Of a stretch of 64,000 bases of DNA, positions 56,544 to 64,000 are shown one piece after another (the stretch's first letter is position 1; each line of letters begins with the position of its first letter). Source of the DNA: a virus; IMG/VR virus record IMGVR_UViG_3300025652_000047, positions 14,948-78,947 of that record. One strand, given 5' to 3'. A program made the position numbers and the translations under genes. The notes below the pieces were generated by a model. The model was given only the letters and a program-made list of their open reading frames with translations. It ran no database searches and was not told the DNA's origin.

Positions 56544-56732
56544 ATTTACAGATGATGGTGTAATTTAAAAGCAAAAAACAAATATGAATAAAATAATAAT
56601 ATTAATAGCTTTCATTTTCTACACCGTAACAAGTGCAGCTCAGATAATGCCTTGGCAGATTCAAAATAACCCAGATGGAGCGAATAGGATACTGCTTACA
56701 GATAGTATAGGAGAGTACTTGAGGGTTAGCTT
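56544..56732 (+). repeat. Direct repeat, copy 1 (matches 63812..64000; offset 7268 bp)
   Basis: Near-identical sequence covering the end of a DUF285-type gene, the spacer and the first ~49 codons of a signal-peptide gene. Confidence 0.85.
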
Positions 56733-56790
56733 GGAAGATGCATCACCAGTAATAAAAATAGAAAATACAATTGAGATATGGCAAAGATAA
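56584..56790 (+). pseudogene. Probably truncated copy of the gene starting at 63852
   Basis: First ~48 aa nearly identical to the 63852 ORF; only 68 aa long. Confidence 0.55.
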
Positions 56791-59700
56791 CAAGAGAAGC
56801 AATAGAGGATAACCTAATCAACGAAGTAAACCTGAATACTGCAAAAGTGGGAATCACTACACAACAAGCTAGTGACATTACTACTAATAATGCTAAGGTA
56901 AGTGCAGATGGTCCTGTAACTACTCACAGTGATGTAACTGATGCAGGTTCAGGATTGATAATTACAGATGCAGAAAGAACTACTTTAGGTACTGCAGAAC
57001 AAACTGCTAATAAAGGACAAGCTAATGGTTATGCTTCTTTAAATGGTTCAGGATTAGTTCCAACTAGTCAGTTACCTAGTTATGTAGATGACGTATTAGA
57101 GTATGCTGATGAAGCAAGTTTCCCAGGTACTGGGGAAGCAGGAAAGATATACGTTGATATAGCAACAGGAAAGATATTTAGATGGACAGGATCTGTTTAT
57201 GTAGAGATTAGTCCTGATGCTGGTGCTCCAGTAGCAAGTGTTAATGGAGAGACAGGGACTGTAGTATTAACTACAGGAGATATAGCTGAAGATACTAACA
57301 AGAATTATGTTACTGATGCAGACTTAACTACATTATCAAATACAAGTGGAGTAAATACAGGAGATCAAGATTTAAGTGGCTATGTAGAAACAACTGATAT
57401 AGATACATTGGCAGAGCTTAATGCTATAGTAACAGATGCAACTCTTATTGATACAGCAGATCCAAGATTGAGTGATGCAAGAACACCTTTAGCACATACA
57501 CACACTGCTTCTGAGGTTACCGACTTTGAAAGTGCAGTCACAGCTAATGTTTCTGTAACAGCTAATACAGCAAAAATATCCTATCCTACAATAGACTCTA
57601 CAAAAGTTGGACACATTTCAGTTACCCAACCTGTAGATTTAGATACTTTAGAGAGCGATACTACAGCTAATACTGCAAAAGTGGGAATCACTACACAACA
57701 AGCTAATGATATTATTGCTAATAACGCTAAAGTAAGTAACGTAGATCATCCACTTGTGGAAACTGCTGTACCAATTGGGGCGGTCTTTACTGATACGGAT
57801 TACTCTTCTGTTAATGTAAATATTATAACCCCTTCTGCCTACTTAGGAGATGAAGATGATAATTGCAACGTAGTTGTAGATTACAATGCAACCTCTAATT
57901 GGGAATCTGGAGACTATGTAGAACTATTCGTATCTGGGGCAGATTTAGTAGATTTTGACAATGCAGCAACATACTTGTTTGTAGGAAACACTCAATATAG
58001 TGTTGATAATGCAGATTTTACACCGACTTCGATTGGTGGAGGGGTTCTTCTCACAACAACTAGTAAAATAGGTACATTTGGTATTAATTACCCTTACAAT
58101 CTAACATCTTCTATACAAGTAGTAATTACTGCTTTTCATAAAGATTCAGGTGGAGCTACTAAAACTAGTGAAGCTTTCAGTAGAACTTTAATAGAAACTA
58201 GAGGTAATGCTAATAAGTTTAGTGCGATAACAGCACCTGTTCCTTTTAATACACTAGTTAAAGCACCAATTTTAACTGAAGCACAAAGAGATGCAGCACT
58301 ACTTACAGATGTATCAACTGATCATGGTAAACTTATATACAACAACGATACTAAGTTTTTAGAGTATTGGGATGGTACAATATTTAGACCTACAAACTCT
58401 AGAAATCCTATATTAACTAAAATACCATATTGGCAGTATATTACCCCAAATGAAGTAGATGCTGTAAAGTGTGGGGTTAGAATCAATATTAGATCTGAAG
58501 TAGATGAGCAAGTTACATTCTCAATGCTCATATCTGCACCTTCATCTCAATTTGTAAACAGGGCGCTTATACCAGCAGGATGGAATGATATAAAAGATAT
58601 ACCATACTTTTTTATAGATGATACGTCTCCTGAATTGACTATTGGAGCTACCAATTCATCTCTTATCTCCATAACACTTACATTAAATACAAATGAAGAC
58701 TATTGTATAGGTGTACAAGGAGACGGTGCAGCAAGTATTGGGGGTTTTGGGGCAACATTTCAAGTTTCCGTTGATGATGATTTAGCTTCTTCAACTGCAA
58801 TTGCTTATCAATTTACAGATGGCGAAAATTATATACAACCTTTTACTTACGAGGATACTACCATACAAGCAGAAGTAGATTTGAACACAGCTAAAATAGG
58901 AGTTACTACAGAATTAAAACCTGCTGATATAGATACATTGGCAGAGCTTAATGCTATAGTAACAGATGCAACTTTAATAGATACAACCGATTCTAGATTA
59001 AGCGATGCTAGAACCCCAACAGCACATACTCATGTTGCAGCAGATGTGACAGACTTTGATACAGAAGTTTCTAACAATGCTTCCGTGACGGCAAATACTG
59101 CAAAATCTGCTGATGGTAAATTTGTAGATGGTACAGACCCATTAGATGCAGTATACTTAGATGGAAATGTAGGTGTAGGTACAACTGATCCATTAAGTGG
59201 TATCCATCTAAAAATAGACGGAGAAGGATCGCCAGCAAAAATTATAACAGAAAATACTAATGTAGTAGGTGGTGCTGAATTTGAAATGATTGAAGCTGGT
59301 GGTGGCAATTGGAAGTTTAAGTGTACTGGGGGAAACGCAGGTTTTAAAATACGAGACCATGGAGCAGCTGCAGATAGAATGTTTATATCTAATACTGGAG
59401 ATGTTGGGATAGGTAATAATACACCAGCAGCTAAGTTAGATGTAGTAGGTGATATAAAAGTGTCTGGAGAAATAATAGGTATGCCTATTGTATATTCATT
59501 CGCAGTAGGTGGTGAGATTGCAGATATAACAACTGGAGCAGCAAAGGTTACATTAAGAATGCCTTATGCTATGACACTTACAAGTATTAGAGCGAGTGCT
59601 ACAACCGCACCAGTAGGCAGCACAATCATACTAGATGTAAATCTTGGAGGTACATCTATTTTTACAACCAACTTGCTATCTATAGATGATGGTGAGAAAA

Positions 59701-59843
59701 CAAGTACAACTGCGGCTACTGCTGCTAACATAACCACTACGGCACTAACAGATGATGGAGAGATAACTGTGGATATAGATCAGATTGGATCTACTACGGC
59801 TGGAACTGGGATCAAAATTTATTTAATAGGCACAAGAGCATAA
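56778..59843 (+). CDS. Second long tail fibre protein (1021 aa)
   Basis: Shares modules with 50581..56058; LPSYVDDVLEY; GNVGVGTTDP/AKLDVVG repeats; C-terminal ...GIKIYLIG domain. Confidence 0.8.
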   Translation: MAKITREAIEDNLINEVNLNTAKVGITTQQASDITTNNAKVSADGPVTTHSDVTDAGSGLIITDAERTTLGTAEQTANKGQANGYASLNGSGLVPTSQLPSYVDDVLEYADEASFPGTGEAGKIYVDIATGKIFRWTGSVYVEISPDAGAPVASVNGETGTVVLTTGDIAEDTNKNYVTDADLTTLSNTSGVNTGDQDLSGYVETTDIDTLAELNAIVTDATLIDTADPRLSDARTPLAHTHTASEVTDFESAVTANVSVTANTAKISYPTIDSTKVGHISVTQPVDLDTLESDTTANTAKVGITTQQANDIIANNAKVSNVDHPLVETAVPIGAVFTDTDYSSVNVNIITPSAYLGDEDDNCNVVVDYNATSNWESGDYVELFVSGADLVDFDNAATYLFVGNTQYSVDNADFTPTSIGGGVLLTTTSKIGTFGINYPYNLTSSIQVVITAFHKDSGGATKTSEAFSRTLIETRGNANKFSAITAPVPFNTLVKAPILTEAQRDAALLTDVSTDHGKLIYNNDTKFLEYWDGTIFRPTNSRNPILTKIPYWQYITPNEVDAVKCGVRINIRSEVDEQVTFSMLISAPSSQFVNRALIPAGWNDIKDIPYFFIDDTSPELTIGATNSSLISITLTLNTNEDYCIGVQGDGAASIGGFGATFQVSVDDDLASSTAIAYQFTDGENYIQPFTYEDTTIQAEVDLNTAKIGVTTELKPADIDTLAELNAIVTDATLIDTTDSRLSDARTPTAHTHVAADVTDFDTEVSNNASVTANTAKSADGKFVDGTDPLDAVYLDGNVGVGTTDPLSGIHLKIDGEGSPAKIITENTNVVGGAEFEMIEAGGGNWKFKCTGGNAGFKIRDHGAAADRMFISNTGDVGIGNNTPAAKLDVVGDIKVSGEIIGMPIVYSFAVGGEIADITTGAAKVTLRMPYAMTLTSIRASATTAPVGSTIILDVNLGGTSIFTTNLLSIDDGEKTSTTAATAANITTTALTDDGEITVDIDQIGSTTAGTGIKIYLIGTRA

Positions 59844-59844
59844 T

Positions 59845-60426
59845 ATGAAAGCAGTATTAATAAGAAAATCGACACAAGAGGTTATAAAAAAAGGGCAATA
59901 TCCTAATCGTAAAATGAATCCAATAGAGGGTTTAGATGCTGATTTGGAATGGCTACTAGTAGTGAACTTACCTAATCCAATTTTCGATCCTACTACACAT
60001 AAGTTGGTGCAGTTGTATACTATTACAGATACTCCACATCTGGAATATACACATCTTAATACTTATGAGGTGAGTACTAGTGCGGTGCTAATGTCTCCAC
60101 AAGAGCAACAAGATTATATCCAAAAGACAGAGGATGAGGACGAGGCATCATTTTCATTAGCTAAGTATAAGGAAGATGGTGTATTGCTTTTTGATAGATT
60201 CTTCGCTAAAGTCATAAGGTTAAGAAGTAATGGAACTATAACTAATGCACAAGCGAAGCTAGTCTCAGAGTTTATATATGATAGTTTAGAGCCACTTTAT
60301 AAGGGTCTATGGCAGATTAGTAAGGTTAAGTTAGGACAATTAACTCCACCTACTAATGCTAAGTTATTAACTATTTTTAACTGGGCGAATGACAAAGTAA
60401 TTGATTACGTAAATGAGAATTACTAA
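59845..60426 (+). CDS. Putative fibre chaperone/adaptor
   Basis: P.FDP.THKL motif and L.KGLWQ; between the fibre and the adhesin. Confidence 0.5.
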   Translation: MKAVLIRKSTQEVIKKGQYPNRKMNPIEGLDADLEWLLVVNLPNPIFDPTTHKLVQLYTITDTPHLEYTHLNTYEVSTSAVLMSPQEQQDYIQKTEDEDEASFSLAKYKEDGVLLFDRFFAKVIRLRSNGTITNAQAKLVSEFIYDSLEPLYKGLWQISKVKLGQLTPPTNAKLLTIFNWANDKVIDYVNENY

Positions 60427-63400
60427 TGCACTTAATTAATTCACATAGATTTGGTCCACCAGTAGATACTTCATTTCAAATGGAGTTTACAACAACTGCA
60501 GCATCGCAGACTGTATACTTACCTATCCAGTCATCAGATGCAAATGGTAAGTTAGTATTCGATGATGGAACGGCTGATATAATCGGAGTGGCTGATAATG
60601 CTACACACACATTCGCTAATGCGGGTACTTATGTAATCAAGTACTATGGAACTGCAACGGTTTTTGAGTTCTTAGATAAATTTAATCCACAACCATACAA
60701 AGACTACTTTACGGGTGTTTTATCTTGGGGGGATACTGGAGCAAGTGCAGCTAGCTTCGGATCTGCAGACAATATTACTACAATAGACCCTAACTTACCT
60801 AGTTCACTTACTGATTTAAGTTTTTTATTCTATGCTTCAGATTCTAATCCTGATTTAAGTGAATTAGATACAAGTAATGTTACTAAGATGGTTAGTATGT
60901 TCTACTTTACAACAGTAGCAAACCCTGATACAAGTTCATGGAATACAAGTAGTTTAACTAATATGTCAAATATGTTCTGGAAGGCTTCAGCAGCTAACCC
61001 TGATACAACTAATTGGGACACTAGTAATGTAACCAATATGACATGGGTTTTCCGTGAAGCACCATCAGCAAACCCTAACACAACCAATTGGGATACTAGT
61101 AAGGTTACATCTATGCGTAGTATGTTTCAGAGTGCAATATCAGCAAATCCTGATGTTAGTGGATGGGATACTAGTAATGTAACTAGAATGGATGACATGT
61201 TCTACAATAATACAACGGCAACACCTGACACTAGTGGTTGGAATACTAGCAAGGTTACTGATATGCGTAATATGTTTAGAGGTGCTACTTTAGCAGACCC
61301 TGATGTTAGTAAGTGGAATACCAGTTTAGTAACGAATATGAATAGTATGTTTTATGCTGCAAGTTCAGCAACACCAACTACTACTTATTCAGTTGGTACT
61401 GCAAATGGCGGTGGTGACGCTTGGGATACAAGTAAGGTTACTGATATGAGTAATATGTTCCGTGGAGCAACAGTAGCAACCCCTGATACAAGCGGATGGA
61501 ATACAAGTAAAGTTATTAATTTAAGTGCTATGTTTTTCCAAGCTTCAGTAGCAAATCCTGATACTAGTGGATGGGATATAAGTCTAGTTACTAGGTTGGA
61601 TTTTATGTTCTATTCTGCAAGTTTAGCAACCCCTGACACAAGTGGATGGAATACAAGTATAGTTACTACTATGAGTTCTATGTTTTCTGGAGCGGATGTA
61701 GCAAACCCTAACACAACTAATTGGGACACTAGTAAGGTAGTAAATATGGGTAATCTGTTTTTTGGTGCGGTGGCGGCAAGTCCTGATACAAGTGGGTGGA
61801 ATTTTGAGTTAGTAACTACTTATTCTTCTATATTTCTTTTATCTGGAATATCCACCGCCAACTATGATAAGTTCCTAATAAGATTAAACGATGAAAGAAT
61901 AACACACTCATTGACTGGTAGAGCAATAGGAGACATACCATCCACATATAATGATAGTGTAAGTGGAGCAGCGAGAACTGCGCTACTAGCTAACGGATGG
62001 ACATTTACTGATGATGGTGCAGAAACTGGATTCGTAATGGAGTTTACTACTACATTACCATCAGAGGAAGTATTTTTACCTATCCAGTCATCAGATGCAA
62101 GTGGTAAGTTAGTATTCGATGATGGCACAGCAGATATTATCGGAGTAGCTGGAAACGCATCGCATACCTTCGCTAACGCTGGCACTTATGTAATTAAATA
62201 TTATGGAACAGCTACTAGTCTAGCTTGGGGAACAGCTACTACTCCGCAGAAGCAATACTTGACCAAAATATTAAATTGGGGTATTACTGGTGCTACATCT
62301 GCATCATTTAGATATTGCAGTTCATTAATTTCTGTTGCTGAGAATTTAGAGAGTACTACTACTAACTTAAGCTATTGTTTTGCAGACCAAACTGGTAACC
62401 CAGATGTGAGTTTACTTGATACATCTAACGTTACTAATATGAGTCGTATGTTTGAAGATGCTCCATCAGCAACACCAGATACAAGTGGCTGGGATACAAG
62501 TAATGTTACTAATATGAATAATATGTTTAGGGCTGCAGTCGTAGCAAATCCAGATACTAGTGGATGGGATACTAGTCTTGTTACTGATATGTATGGTATG
62601 TTTTATAATGCAGAATTAGCAACACCAGATACAAGTGGATGGAATACTAGTAAAGTTACTACTATGAATAATATGTTTAGGGATGCAGACGTAGCAAATC
62701 CAGATACAAGCGGGTGGGATACTAGTCTAGTTACTAATATGTCATATATGTTCTGGAAGGCTTCAGCAGCTAACCCTGATACAACTAATTGGGACACTAG
62801 TAATGTAACCAATATGACATATATGTTTGCAAATGCGACTCTAGCAAATCCAGACGTAAGTGGTTGGGATACTAGCCTAGTTACTAATATGTCTAAGATG
62901 TTTCTTAGTGCAATAGCAGCAACACCAGATACAAGTGGTTGGGATACTAGTAAAGTTATTAATATGTCATCTATGTTTTATTCTGCAGTATTAGCAACAC
63001 CAACTACTACTTATTCAGTTGGTACTGCAAATGGCGGTGGTGACGCTTGGGATACTAGTCTTGTTACTGATATGTATGGTATGTTTAGTTTTGCGACTAT
63101 AGCAACACCAGACACAAGTGGTTGGAATACAAGTAATGTTACTAATATGAGTGCTATGTTCCAAGGCGCAAGTGCAGCAACACCAGATACAAGTGGATGG
63201 GATACAAGTAGTGTTATTACTATGGCGTATATGTTCAGAGATTGCGACCTAGCTAACCCAGATACTAGTGGGTGGGATACTAGTAATGTTACTACTATGA
63301 CTCAGATGTTTTATAATGCAGTATTAGCAACACCAACTACTACTTATTCAGTTGGTACTGCAAATGGCGGTGGTGACGCTTGGAATACTAGTAAAGTTAT

Positions 63401-63836
63401 TGATATGTCATATATGTTTTATTCTGCAGTATTAGCAAATCCAGATACTAGCGATTGGAATACAAGTTTAGTTCTTAATATGACTCAGATGTTTTATAAT
63501 GCAATAGCAGCAACACCAGATACAAGTGGTTGGGATACTAGTAGTGTTATTAATATGTCATCTATGTTTAGGGAAGCAACTCTAGCAAGTCCTGATACTA
63601 GTCTTTGGGATTTTGAGTCAGTAACTACTTATTCTTCTATGTTTCTTTTATCTGGAATATCAACCGCCAACTACGACAAATTCTTAATTAGATTAAACGA
63701 CGAGAGAATAACACACTCACTAACTGGTAGAGCGATAGGAGATATCCCATCTACATACACTACAGGAGTAAGTGGGGCAGCTAGAACGGCATTACTAGCT
63801 AACGGATGGACATTTACAGATGATGGTGGAATTTAA
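60426..63836 (+). CDS. BspA/DUF285-type leucine-rich-repeat adhesin, internally duplicated
   Basis: Many ~25-aa repeats (PDTSGWDTSxVTxMxxMF); two copies of the N-cap (MEFTTT...LPIQSSDA.GK) and C-cap (NYDKFLIRL...GWTFTDDG). Confidence 0.88.
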   Translation: MHLINSHRFGPPVDTSFQMEFTTTAASQTVYLPIQSSDANGKLVFDDGTADIIGVADNATHTFANAGTYVIKYYGTATVFEFLDKFNPQPYKDYFTGVLSWGDTGASAASFGSADNITTIDPNLPSSLTDLSFLFYASDSNPDLSELDTSNVTKMVSMFYFTTVANPDTSSWNTSSLTNMSNMFWKASAANPDTTNWDTSNVTNMTWVFREAPSANPNTTNWDTSKVTSMRSMFQSAISANPDVSGWDTSNVTRMDDMFYNNTTATPDTSGWNTSKVTDMRNMFRGATLADPDVSKWNTSLVTNMNSMFYAASSATPTTTYSVGTANGGGDAWDTSKVTDMSNMFRGATVATPDTSGWNTSKVINLSAMFFQASVANPDTSGWDISLVTRLDFMFYSASLATPDTSGWNTSIVTTMSSMFSGADVANPNTTNWDTSKVVNMGNLFFGAVAASPDTSGWNFELVTTYSSIFLLSGISTANYDKFLIRLNDERITHSLTGRAIGDIPSTYNDSVSGAARTALLANGWTFTDDGAETGFVMEFTTTLPSEEVFLPIQSSDASGKLVFDDGTADIIGVAGNASHTFANAGTYVIKYYGTATSLAWGTATTPQKQYLTKILNWGITGATSASFRYCSSLISVAENLESTTTNLSYCFADQTGNPDVSLLDTSNVTNMSRMFEDAPSATPDTSGWDTSNVTNMNNMFRAAVVANPDTSGWDTSLVTDMYGMFYNAELATPDTSGWNTSKVTTMNNMFRDADVANPDTSGWDTSLVTNMSYMFWKASAANPDTTNWDTSNVTNMTYMFANATLANPDVSGWDTSLVTNMSKMFLSAIAATPDTSGWDTSKVINMSSMFYSAVLATPTTTYSVGTANGGGDAWDTSLVTDMYGMFSFATIATPDTSGWNTSNVTNMSAMFQGASAATPDTSGWDTSSVITMAYMFRDCDLANPDTSGWDTSNVTTMTQMFYNAVLATPTTTYSVGTANGGGDAWNTSKVIDMSYMFYSAVLANPDTSDWNTSLVLNMTQMFYNAIAATPDTSGWDTSSVINMSSMFREATLASPDTSLWDFESVTTYSSMFLLSGISTANYDKFLIRLNDERITHSLTGRAIGDIPSTYTTGVSGAARTALLANGWTFTDDGGI

Positions 63837-64000
63837 AAACAAATAACAAATATGAATAAAACAATAATATTAGTAGCTTTATTATTCTGCACCGTAACAA
63901 GTGCAGCTCAGATAATGCCTTGGCAGATTCAAAATGACCCAGATGGAGCGAATAGGATACTGCTTACAGATAGTATAGGAGAGTACTTGAGGGTTGGCTT
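63812..64000 (+). repeat. Direct repeat, copy 2 (continues to the window edge)
   Basis: Matches 56544..56732. Confidence 0.85.
63852..64000 (+). CDS. Signal-peptide-bearing protein, 5' part only
   Basis: MNKTIILVALLFCTVTSAA|QIMPWQIQNDPDGANRILLTDSIGEYLRVG...; runs off the window. Confidence 0.7.
   Translation, partial: MNKTIILVALLFCTVTSAAQIMPWQIQNDPDGANRILLTDSIGEYLRVG

Noticed and set aside
25696-62812. Many short minus-strand ORFs in the track (e.g. 25696..26070, 44789..45190, 54309..54632) and equivalent shadow ORFs in the left arm
   Set aside because: They lie antisense or out of frame within well-supported genes and have no motifs; they are shadows of codon bias.
60426-63836. CRISPR array or DGR template/variable repeats
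   Set aside because: Repeats are in-frame coding units, differences are not adenine-specific, and no cas or reverse transcriptase gene is in the window.
1-64000. Stop-codon reassignment (TAG or TGA), known in some crAss-like phages
   Set aside because: Genes are long and tightly packed under code 11, TAG and TGA end genes at sensible junctions, and the only canonical tRNA is Lys(TTT).
1-64000. Prophage or host chromosomal sequence (groEL, polA, BspA)
   Set aside because: No integrase, att site or host operons; these genes are divergent and embedded in phage modules.

Overview
AT-rich dsDNA phage genome segment, most likely crAss-like (Crassvirales-type) infecting a Bacteroidota/Flavobacteriia host. 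This is inferred from gene order, protein motifs, a Bacteroidota-type promoter and Gln+1 signal peptides. Two divergent arms meet at about 17.1-17.5 kb. The left arm (minus strand) holds: a peptide-ligase/glutamyl cluster (GGCT, phiEco32-like COOH.NH2 ligase, two C26 amidotransferases); the replication module (primase, SSB-like, AAA ATPase, DnaB-like helicase, SF2 helicase, family A DNA polymerase); small membrane and secreted proteins; and about 1.7 kb of densely base-paired non-coding sequence with tRNA-like elements. The right arm (plus strand) holds: small regulatory/assembly genes, a GroES-like protein, tRNA-Lys, an intein-containing terminase, a GroEL-like chaperonin, portal, scaffold, major capsid and neck/auxiliary proteins, then about 28 kb of fibre/adhesin genes. 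The most striking observations are: (1) three consecutive Cys-rich Ig-like repeat genes split at the same point inside a repeat, suggesting a pilus-like fibre built by C-terminal donor-strand complementation with inter-subunit disulfides; (2) a roughly 850-nt pseudoknotted minus-strand RNA bracketed by two anticodon-less tRNA mimics; (3) a segment-swapped AAA ATPase; (4) a 7.27-kb receptor-binding cassette flanked by direct repeats. All family assignments come from motifs recognised by eye; no database search was run.
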